Notes under the pieces: model-generated
What the model saw: the letters and a program-made list of their open reading frames with translations, nothing else
Database searches by the model: none
Told to the model about the DNA's origin: nothing
Source: a virus
Taxonomy: Duplodnaviria > Caudoviricetes
DNA length: 33,949 nucleotides
Strand: one strand, 5' to 3'
Virus record (IMG/VR): IMGVR_UViG_3300011443_000038
Span: 1-33,949 of that record
Made by a program: the position numbers and the translations under genes
Part shown: piece after piece, positions 6,903 to 14,071 of the stretch
How positions within the stretch are numbered: the stretch's first letter is position 1
How the letters are laid out: every line of letters begins with the position of its first letter

Positions 6903-8892
6903 GAAGCTGCTCGAGGTGTTTGGCGGCGAGGCGCTGTACCGCGGCGCCTACGGTGGCCGTGGCAGTGCGAAGAGCCGATCCTTCGCGAAGATGGCTGCGG
7001 TGCATGGGCTGCGCTGTGCCCAGGCGAGACAGAACGGGGTGATTGTCTGTGGCCGGGAGTTTCAGAACAGCCTTGATGAAAGCAGCATGGCTGAAGTCAA
7101 GCAGGCGATTGAAAGCGAGCCCTGGCTACAAGCCAACTATGAGATTGGTGAAAAGTACATACGTACCAAAGATGGCCGCATCGATTTTAGCTTTGTTGGA
7201 CTTAGGCGCAACATTGAAAGCGTGAAGTCTACAGCAAGAATACGCTTGTTGTGGGTGGACGAAGCAGAACCTGTTAGCGAAGTTGCATGGCAGAAAGCAA
7301 TACCCACCGTCCGTGAAGAGGGCGCGGAAATCTGGATTTGTTGGAATCCAGAAAGGCGAGCGTCGGCGACCAACCAACGGTTTCGTGTTAATCCGCCCGA
7401 GAACTCCAAGATCGTAGAAGTTAACTGGCGCGACAATCCGTGGTTCCCGACCGTGCTCGACCAGATCCGGCGGGATGACAAGGAGAAGCGGCCGGATCAG
7501 TACGGGCACATCTGGGAGGGCGAGTATGCGACGGCCGCTGTCGGCGCTTACTATGCGGCGCTGCTCGGCGATGCGAAGCAGGAGGGCCGCATCGGCAAGG
7601 TATCAAGAGATCCATTGCTGCCGGTCCGCGCCTATGTGGACATTGGCGGGACCGGGGCACGCTCGGACGCCTACGCTATGTGGCTGGTCCAATTTGTGGG
7701 GAGGGGCGAGGTCCGGGTACTGTCGTATTACGAGGCAATAGGCGAGCCTCTGGCGGTTCATCTACAATGGCTTCGCGATAACGATTTCGGGAAAGCACAA
7801 ATATTTCTTCCTTTTGACGGGGCCACGCACGATCGTGTTTACGAAGTAAGCTTCGAGAGTGCTTTCTCGCAGGCCGGTTTCAATGTCGAGGTAATACCAA
7901 ATCAGGGCCGGGGGGCGGCCAGGGCTCGTATTGAGGCTCTGCGGCGATTGTTCCCGAGCATGTGGTTTAACGAGGAGACGACGTTTGCCGGACGCGAGGC
8001 GCTAGCGTGGTATCACGAACGTAAGTCCGAAGATCATCGCGATGTCGGATTAGGTCCATTACACGATTGGTGTCTGAAAGCTGGTACGCAGGTATTAACT
8101 ACGACCGGCTGGAAGCCTGTAGAAAACATAACCCCTGAGCATGATCGAGTATTGACACCATCTGGCAATAGGCGTGTTATTCGTGCAGGCATTGTGCGGG
8201 TGACGGGGCAATGGACAAGCACAAGGGGCATCTGGACGACGCCGGAACACCGGTTTTTTACGAACCGGGGCCTCGTCGAGGCTCGCAATCTGCACTCCCT
8301 GGACGTGTTCTGGACCCGAGGCGACTTGGGCCTCTACATCCTCGCGTTCTTGTCTGCGATACTGTCTTCCGGCTTAAAGACCGCTATTACCTCGGTAACC
8401 CCAGAGGGAAACTCCCGAAGCGAAGGTCGGTGCTCTTACATCGTGTGGTGTACGAGGCTGTTTACGGCTCGATACCGGAGGGTCATGAGGTCCATCACCG
8501 CGACGATGACCCGTTCAACAACCATCCGGGTAATCTCGCGGCTGTTCCCCGCTTTCTCCATCGCAGCGGCCACAAGTCCGAGCCTCGCTACACCTGCGTT
8601 TGCCGCATCTGCGGAAACGAGTTCGGCTGTTATCACCCATTCGGGGCAAGGTGCAGCGCAGAATGCAAACGTGTCGATCACGCACGATTGGAAGCAAGGC
8701 GGCGTGGAGCCCGCTTACAACCTGACGGTTGATGTAGACGAATGCTATTTCGTAAGAGCGGCGGACGGTGCGGCTCTTCTTGTTTCCAATTCGAGCCACG
8801 CGGCGGACGCCGCCGGGCTCATAGCGGTTGGATACGAAACACCCAGGGGTAGGCCAAAGGCGATCAAGTATCCGGCGGCCGGATTTGTCTGA
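6874..8892 (+). CDS. terL: Terminase large subunit (PBSX-type), intein-containing
   Basis: Walker A YGGRGSAKS, Walker B LLWVDEAE, WNP, NWRDNPWF, nuclease VDIG and HDW//SSHAADA split by an intein; ATG at 6874. Confidence 0.95.
   Translation: MTSQTIKLPEKLLEVFGGEALYRGAYGGRGSAKSRSFAKMAAVHGLRCAQARQNGVIVCGREFQNSLDESSMAEVKQAIESEPWLQANYEIGEKYIRTKDGRIDFSFVGLRRNIESVKSTARIRLLWVDEAEPVSEVAWQKAIPTVREEGAEIWICWNPERRASATNQRFRVNPPENSKIVEVNWRDNPWFPTVLDQIRRDDKEKRPDQYGHIWEGEYATAAVGAYYAALLGDAKQEGRIGKVSRDPLLPVRAYVDIGGTGARSDAYAMWLVQFVGRGEVRVLSYYEAIGEPLAVHLQWLRDNDFGKAQIFLPFDGATHDRVYEVSFESAFSQAGFNVEVIPNQGRGAARARIEALRRLFPSMWFNEETTFAGREALAWYHERKSEDHRDVGLGPLHDWCLKAGTQVLTTTGWKPVENITPEHDRVLTPSGNRRVIRAGIVRVTGQWTSTRGIWTTPEHRFFTNRGLVEARNLHSLDVFWTRGDLGLYILAFLSAILSSGLKTAITSVTPEGNSRSEGRCSYIVWCTRLFTARYRRVMRSITATMTRSTTIRVISRLFPAFSIAAATSPSLATPAFAASAETSSAVITHSGQGAAQNANVSITHDWKQGGVEPAYNLTVDVDECYFVRAADGAALLVSNSSHAADAAGLIAVGYETPRGRPKAIKYPAAGFV
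8071..8790 (+). mobile_element. Intein (240 aa) in the TerL nuclease domain
   Basis: Block A CLKAGTQVLT..GWKPVENI, block B TTPEHRF, block F AYNLTVDVDECYFV, block G LLVSN followed by Ser+1; removal restores HDWSSHAADA. Confidence 0.95.
8211..8732 (+). CDS. HNH homing endonuclease overprinted in the -1/+2 frame inside the intein
   Basis: LLHRVVYEAVYGSIPEGHEVHHRDDDPFNNHPGNLAAV...H (HNH_3-type), then CRICG...RCSAEC zinc finger; exact start uncertain. Confidence 0.85.
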   Translation: MDKHKGHLDDAGTPVFYEPGPRRGSQSALPGRVLDPRRLGPLHPRVLVCDTVFRLKDRYYLGNPRGKLPKRRSVLLHRVVYEAVYGSIPEGHEVHHRDDDPFNNHPGNLAAVPRFLHRSGHKSEPRYTCVCRICGNEFGCYHPFGARCSAECKRVDHARLEARRRGARLQPDG

Positions 8893-9179
8893 TGAGCGCC
8901 GCGCTTGATCTGACGGGGCAACGGTTTGGCTGGCTGACGGCGGTGAGCCTGGCGGGCAGCAAGGCTGGCCGGCGCCTGTGGCGTTGTCGCTGCGCCTGCG
9001 GCAAGGAGACGGTGGTGAAAACCCAGCGGTTGCGGGGTGGCGACACGACGAGCTGCGGCTGCCGGCGGGAGGATTGGCGGCGGCGCGAATATGCCAAGGC
9101 GGCGCTGGCGGAGCCGGGCGCGCACGGTTTTTGGGTAGGGGCTGGCGGTGACGTCGATGACATCGAGGTAGCGGACTAG
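8892..9179 (+). CDS. Small Cys-rich protein (N-terminal domain of phage AP2/HNH-associated proteins), copy 1
   Basis: DLTGQRFGWLTAV...WRCRCACG...LRGGDTTSCGC; no nuclease or AP2 domain follows. Confidence 0.75.
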   Translation: MSAALDLTGQRFGWLTAVSLAGSKAGRRLWRCRCACGKETVVKTQRLRGGDTTSCGCRREDWRRREYAKAALAEPGAHGFWVGAGGDVDDIEVAD

Positions 9180-10517
9180 GTGGCCGGTCCGCTCGATTGG
9201 CTGCAGCAGATGCTGGGCGGCACGATGGGCGAGATGCCCACGACGACGCCGCAAGTACCTGATGCGCTGTCGCAGCTCGGCGGCTATCTGGAGAATTCGG
9301 CGAGCAACCTGGCGCGGGTGCCTGGCGGCATCGGCCGGGCGCTGGATTGGGCCGGGACCAATGTAGCGGCACCCGCGCTGGGGCAGATGGCGGACCTTTA
9401 CGAGAAGGATCAGTCGCAGCAGCCGCTCTATGGCGGCGTCAACGAGAGTGGCGAGGTCACCGGGCGGCTGGCCGATCTGGGGGCGGCGCTGATGCCGTAT
9501 CTGGCGGGCGGCGCGCCGGGTGGGGCGATTTCGTCGGGGTTGCGGACGGGCGGGGCTACCAGGCGCGTGAGATCGCCGGGAGAGCCGGCGGCGCCGAATA
9601 TCGGGAGGGGCAGCGATGCCCCGATGTTCGACTACTCGCGTCTGGCCGAGGTGCCGAACGTGCCGCAGACCAATCTGGAGCGGTATGTGCCGCCACGCGG
9701 CGTGCCGGAGCGCACGCAAACCTTGGCCGACCCCGCTAATGTTGCGCGGGTAAACGAGGTTGTGGGGCGCGGCGCCAAGATGGGCGGCGTCGAGTGGTAC
9801 AATACGGAGCCGTTGCGCGCGTCGTTTCGCGAGATCCTTGGAGAGGATGCGGGGCAGCAGGCTTATTCCCGGTACATGGACTTGGTAGCGTCGACCTCGC
9901 CGCGGTCCAAGGTGCCGGAGAACGTGCGCAACGCTTCCTATTATTACAGCCGGGCGCAGCAGGGGTTGCCGATCCTCGATCCGCCGCTGCCTACACCCTA
10001 CGGGCATATGGCGCAGAAGCTGCACGTTCAGAATGCGCGTAATGTTCTGGAGCATGGCGGTTTCCCGGTACTGCAGAACCCGAAGCCGGCGAGTTTCTCG
10101 CAGAACTTGCAGGGCAATCAGATGCCGATCACGGCGGATGCGCACAACCTGCGCCTGTGGGGGTTGCGCGACACTAAGGGCAAGGAAGTCGACGTTCCGG
10201 CCAATACCGAATACGGGTTTGTTGAGAAGCTGCAGCAGGACGAGGCCGCCAGGATGGGCTTGACGCCCGCGCAGTATCAGGCGTCGGCCTGGGTTGGCGG
10301 CGGCGAGCAGACTGGCTTGAAATCGAGCGCCGACCCGTTGCTGAAGGTATTTGAGGATCGGGTGCGGTTGACCGCAGCCAAGCGCGGAGAGTCGCCGCAG
10401 CAAACGCTGCTCGACATGATCAGGGGCAATCTGCCGCTGTTGTCAGTCGGCGGCCTGGCGGGTCTTGGTGGCTTTGGCTCGATACCAGACAGAACCGCAC
10501 CCGCTGCGGTTTACTAG
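9180..10517 (+). CDS. DUF7178-like (HhH glycosylase-like) protein with Gly-rich N-terminal leader
   Basis: EWY ... ASTSPRSKVPENVR ... PKPASFSQNL ... ITADAH ... EY...AARMGLTPAQYQASAWV pattern; GTG start with GAGG RBS. Confidence 0.55.
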   Translation: MAGPLDWLQQMLGGTMGEMPTTTPQVPDALSQLGGYLENSASNLARVPGGIGRALDWAGTNVAAPALGQMADLYEKDQSQQPLYGGVNESGEVTGRLADLGAALMPYLAGGAPGGAISSGLRTGGATRRVRSPGEPAAPNIGRGSDAPMFDYSRLAEVPNVPQTNLERYVPPRGVPERTQTLADPANVARVNEVVGRGAKMGGVEWYNTEPLRASFREILGEDAGQQAYSRYMDLVASTSPRSKVPENVRNASYYYSRAQQGLPILDPPLPTPYGHMAQKLHVQNARNVLEHGGFPVLQNPKPASFSQNLQGNQMPITADAHNLRLWGLRDTKGKEVDVPANTEYGFVEKLQQDEAARMGLTPAQYQASAWVGGGEQTGLKSSADPLLKVFEDRVRLTAAKRGESPQQTLLDMIRGNLPLLSVGGLAGLGGFGSIPDRTAPAAVY

Positions 10518-10712
10518 TTCGCTGCCGTAGCCGTCACGCTCGACAAGGCCCTCGTCGATCAGTCGGAAGGCGGTTTTCGTCGGGATCTCGATGGCATCGG
10601 CGCTCTCGCCCCCCGGTACGCTGTGGGCGACGAACCAAGTCTCGGATGGTGTCGAGAACTCGTTGAGGTAGCCGTGCTCACGCACGCGGGCGAGGGCGGT
10701 TTGCAGATCCAT
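10443..10712 (-). CDS. Small antisense hypothetical protein (MDLQTALARVREHGY...)
   Basis: GGAG RBS (10727-10724) and extended -10 promoter upstream; convergent 75-nt overlap with 9180-10517. Confidence 0.6.
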   Translation of the reverse strand: MDLQTALARVREHGYLNEFSTPSETWFVAHSVPGGESADAIEIPTKTAFRLIDEGLVERDGYGSELVNRSGCGSVWYRAKATKTRQAAD

Positions 10713-10742
10713 AACAAACAAAGCTCCAGCGACTGGGGCGCG

Positions 10743-10751
10743 ATTATAGCA
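10743..10751 (-). promoter_or_regulatory. Extended -10 promoter TGCTATAAT for the antisense gene
   Basis: Perfect TGnTATAAT on the minus strand, ~30 nt upstream of the ATG at 10712, in a GC-rich background. Confidence 0.65.
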
Positions 10752-10759
10752 CGGGGCTA

Positions 10760-11077
10760 ATGGCGGACATCCGCTCCTACCTCCCCACCAGCGTGCTGCG
10801 GCAATTGGCCGACGAGGGGTACCGCGTTGTGAAGATCGAGGAATACCAGCCGGACCTGTCGGCCGGCATCGAAGGAGACGAATACATGAGCCAAGCGGAC
10901 AACGCCGTGCTGACCGGGCTTGAGGAAAAGATCGCTGCGCTGGCCCTTCGCATCGAGGCCATCGAAGAGCGTCTGGGTGGCAAGGACCTCAGCCAGGAGC
11001 TGTATGGCGAGACCCCGGACCATGCGGCTGACCGGGCCGCCCGGGCGGCCTTCCAACCACGGGTAAAACCGCGATGA
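10760..11077 (+). CDS. Hypothetical coiled-coil protein
   Basis: LEEKIAALALRIEAIEERL heptads; alternative start ATG at 10886 has an AAGGAG RBS. Confidence 0.6.
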   Translation: MADIRSYLPTSVLRQLADEGYRVVKIEEYQPDLSAGIEGDEYMSQADNAVLTGLEEKIAALALRIEAIEERLGGKDLSQELYGETPDHAADRAARAAFQPRVKPR

Positions 11078-11214
11078 AAGCCAAGGGCAAGACACCGACC
11101 CGGGCGACTTATGTCATTCACGACGCCAAGACGGCGAAGCAGTTAGGCATTCCGCAAAAGACCAAGGTGCAGCCGATGCCGGCGAAGTCGAAGGGGCGCC
11201 CGCGTGGCCGTTGA
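11074..11214 (+). CDS. 46-aa basic protein ending in an AT-hook-like motif
   Basis: MKAKGKTPTRATYVIHDAKTAKQLGIPQKTKVQPMPAKSKGRPRGR; ATGA overlap with the previous gene. Confidence 0.6.
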   Translation: MKAKGKTPTRATYVIHDAKTAKQLGIPQKTKVQPMPAKSKGRPRGR

Positions 11215-11246
11215 CCTGTCCGCGCAGCGTGCCGAGTAAGTCGCCA

Positions 11247-11522
11247 ATGCCGCGCAAGCGAGGGGGGCAGCCCCTTGACCTGGTTGGGCAACGGTTCGGC
11301 TGGCTGGTCGTGCTGGAGCCGGCGCCGCGGGTGGGCGGCCTGGTGGCGTGGCGGTGCCGCTGCGGCTGCGGGCGCGAGGCGGTTGCCACGACAAAGGTTC
11401 TGCGCAGCGGTGGGAAGACGAGCTGTGGCTGCAGGCGCCGTGCGACGCTGCAGGAGTTCCGCGACCGCGGGAGGCAATACAAATGGCTTTGGCTCGATGA
11501 CGGGATAGGCAATGGCGGTTAG
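11247..11522 (+). CDS. Small Cys-rich protein (AP2/HNH-associated N-terminal domain), copy 2
   Basis: DLVGQRFGWLVVL...WRCRCGCG...LRSGGKTSCGC; paralogue of 8892-9179. Confidence 0.75.
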   Translation: MPRKRGGQPLDLVGQRFGWLVVLEPAPRVGGLVAWRCRCGCGREAVATTKVLRSGGKTSCGCRRRATLQEFRDRGRQYKWLWLDDGIGNGG

Positions 11523-11531
11523 AGGGCAGAT

Positions 11532-11819
11532 GTGGCTGAGACAGCGTTAGAATTATTCTGGCGCGGCAAGGGCTTGGGCCGGCGGGCGGCGCGTGCGTTG
11601 GCATTGGCTAAGTGCGCAAACCTGGCGGAGGTGCGGCAGCTCGGCAGGAACGGCCTGATGCTGGTGCCGGATTGTGCAAAACATACGACAGAGGAAATCG
11701 GGCGGGTGCTTTTCGATGAGGATTGGATGCCTCCAGTCAGGCTCCCGCATTTGCGCGATGAGACGCTAATTCGCGAGCTGACGGCGCGCGGCTACACCGT
11801 CAAGGGACGTGGGCGCTGA
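11532..11819 (+). CDS. RNA polymerase alpha C-terminal-domain-like (HhH) protein
   Basis: LGRRAARALALAKCANLAEVRQLGRNGLMLVPDCAKHTTEEIGRVL parallels the alpha-CTD pattern LSVR..NCL...I.T..DL......LL...N.G.KS..EI...L. Confidence 0.55.
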   Translation: MAETALELFWRGKGLGRRAARALALAKCANLAEVRQLGRNGLMLVPDCAKHTTEEIGRVLFDEDWMPPVRLPHLRDETLIRELTARGYTVKGRGR

Positions 11820-14071
11820 TGGCTGTCGATATCTCCGAATTTGTGCGCGGGCGGGCCGGCCCCCAACAGATCAGCCAGGGCCTCGATCTGAAAGATTTGG
11901 ACGAGGACGCCGTCAAACAGGTTGTGCAGCAGGAGCTCTCCGCCGCTCTGGGGCAGAACGGCGGCCAGCTTTCGGCCGACCGATTGAAGGCCCAGAGCTA
12001 CTACAACGGCGAGCCGCTCGGCACCGAGGTCGAGGGCCGCTCCCAGGTGGTGATGCTCAATGTATTGGAGGCAGTCGAGTGGGTGCTGCCGGCCCTCTTA
12101 CGGATCTTCACCGCCAGTGACCAGATTTGCGTGGTTGAGCCGTCTCTTCCCGGGCAGGAGCAGCAAGCTAAACAGGCGACCGATTACGTCAACCACATTT
12201 TCCACCGCGACAATCCCGGTTTCCTGCTGCTGCACGATTTTTTCAAGACCGCGCTCCTGGAAAAGACCGGTTGGATGCGGTGGCGCTGGGATACCCAGAA
12301 GACTACGGAGACCGAGACCTATAGCGGCCTGACGAAGGAGCAATACGACGCCATCCTGGGCCAGGATGACGATGTCGAGGTGGTGAGGCTGGAGAGGTGG
12401 GAGCAGCCTGCCGATGAATTCAACCTCGACCGGCCGTTCCCGCAGCCGCAGCCGGTGCTGCTGCATGATTGTACGTTGCGGGTTACCCGGTCCAATGGCC
12501 GGGTGCGCTTGGAGGGGATTCCACCCGAGGAGATCCTGGTTTCCCGCCGGGCCACCCGCGACAGCCTGCCGTTCCTCGCCCACCGCCGCAAATGGAGCTA
12601 CTCGGACCTGATCCAGCAAGGCTATGACGCCGACAGCCTCGACGAAGTGCCGATGTCGGATACAGAGGAGTGGAACTCGGAGGAGCGCGCCCTGCGCCAT
12701 CGGTTGGATGAGGACTGGCCGCCGCTTGATAGGCGCGATGCCGCCAAGGAGATCTGGGTCGAAGAGTCCTATGTACAACTGGCCAAGACCGATGCCGACA
12801 CGACCGATCTCTACAAGGTGGTAACCGCCGGCAATGGGCTCATCATTCTGACCAAGGATGGCGAACCCGATATCGAGCCGGTCGATGAAATACCGTTTGT
12901 CTCGATATGTCCAATACCGCAGCCGCACAAGCTTATCGGGCTCAGCCTCGCCGATCTGGTGATGGATCTGCAATTGATAAAGAGCACCTTGCTGCGGCAG
13001 ATGTTGGATAATGCCTATTTGAGCAACTGGCCGCGTACCGAGATAGCGGACGACGTCGCCAATGAAAATACCTATGACGATCTTCTTACTCTGCGCCCTG
13101 GTGGGATTGTTCGTACTAAGCGCGTGGGTGGCCTTGTACCACTGACCATCCCCTACACCGCAGACAAATCATTCCCTTTGATCGAATACCTCGATCAGAC
13201 CCAGGAAGTGCGAACCGGCGTCGCCAGGCACAATCAGGGCATCAACCCGGACGATTTGAACAAGACGGCGACGGGCGTCAGCCTCTTGCAGCAGGCGGCG
13301 GCGCAAAGGGTCGAATTGTTTGCCCGGCTGTTTGCCCACGGCGTCGAGGCGGTCTGCCGCGGCATCATGGGTTTGGTGCGAAAGCACCAGCAGCAGGAAC
13401 GCATCATCCGCATCACCGGCCAGTGGATGCAGGTCGACCCGCGGCAGTGGCGTGATGCGATGCCGGTGACGGTGTCGGTCGGGCTCGGCACCGGCAATCG
13501 CGACCAGTTGCTGGCTCACCTGATGCAGCTGCTGCAGGTGCAGGGGCAGATCGTGCTGCAGCAGGGCGGGCCTAAAGGCCCTTTGGTGTACCCCGAGCAT
13601 GTGTATGCCGTGGCCAAGGCGCTGACCGAGGCGGCGGGGTTCAAGACCCAGTTTTTTGCCGACCCGTCGCAGCCGCCGCCGCCGCAACCGCCACAGCCGC
13701 CGCCGCCGCCCGACCCGGCTGTGATGAAGGCGCAGGCGGCGATGCAGAGCCAGCAAATGAAGGCGCAGGCCGACGTGGAGGCGATCCAGGCCAAGGCCGG
13801 GGTGGCCGGCGATCTCTTGGGCAAAAAGGCGATGGCCGAGATTGGCATCCAGCAACAACGGCTCGAACACGAAAAGCAGATGGCGATGTTCAAGGCCCAG
13901 AACGAGCTGACGCTGGAACGTGAGAAAGCCGCCAACGACCTGACTGTAGCTATGGAGCGCGCCAAGATCGAAGGCGAGGTCAAGCGTCGCGAGATCGAGC
14001 TGAAATATGCGGCGGGCGCCTACTCCAGTGAGCCGCCCAAGCCCAACGTGGCAGCCGATGCCGGCGCTTGA
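11819..14071 (+). CDS. Portal protein (P22/SU10-like, with long C-terminal helical barrel)
   Basis: YYNGEP..EVEGRSQVV...VEWVLPALLRIF, ATDYVNHIF, DLQLIKSTLLRQMLDN, NKTATG, VSVGLGTG; Gln/Ala-rich coiled-coil tail. Confidence 0.92.
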   Translation: MAVDISEFVRGRAGPQQISQGLDLKDLDEDAVKQVVQQELSAALGQNGGQLSADRLKAQSYYNGEPLGTEVEGRSQVVMLNVLEAVEWVLPALLRIFTASDQICVVEPSLPGQEQQAKQATDYVNHIFHRDNPGFLLLHDFFKTALLEKTGWMRWRWDTQKTTETETYSGLTKEQYDAILGQDDDVEVVRLERWEQPADEFNLDRPFPQPQPVLLHDCTLRVTRSNGRVRLEGIPPEEILVSRRATRDSLPFLAHRRKWSYSDLIQQGYDADSLDEVPMSDTEEWNSEERALRHRLDEDWPPLDRRDAAKEIWVEESYVQLAKTDADTTDLYKVVTAGNGLIILTKDGEPDIEPVDEIPFVSICPIPQPHKLIGLSLADLVMDLQLIKSTLLRQMLDNAYLSNWPRTEIADDVANENTYDDLLTLRPGGIVRTKRVGGLVPLTIPYTADKSFPLIEYLDQTQEVRTGVARHNQGINPDDLNKTATGVSLLQQAAAQRVELFARLFAHGVEAVCRGIMGLVRKHQQQERIIRITGQWMQVDPRQWRDAMPVTVSVGLGTGNRDQLLAHLMQLLQVQGQIVLQQGGPKGPLVYPEHVYAVAKALTEAAGFKTQFFADPSQPPPPQPPQPPPPPDPAVMKAQAAMQSQQMKAQADVEAIQAKAGVAGDLLGKKAMAEIGIQQQRLEHEKQMAMFKAQNELTLEREKAANDLTVAMERAKIEGEVKRREIELKYAAGAYSSEPPKPNVAADAGA

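Noticed and set aside
8330-8690. Transmembrane or functional domain in the intein-frame insert (LGLYILAFLSAILSS...)
   Set aside because: Best explained as the by-product of the overlapping HNH frame; no independent support
8745-10403. 552-aa minus-strand ORF opposite the terL end and the 9180 gene
   Set aside because: Arg/Leu/Pro-rich shadow translation with no motifs; expected antisense to GC-rich coding DNA
13660-13720. CCG/CAG-rich repeat in the portal gene (and Pro-rich tract near 29720-29840)
   Set aside because: Encodes an ordinary poly-Pro linker
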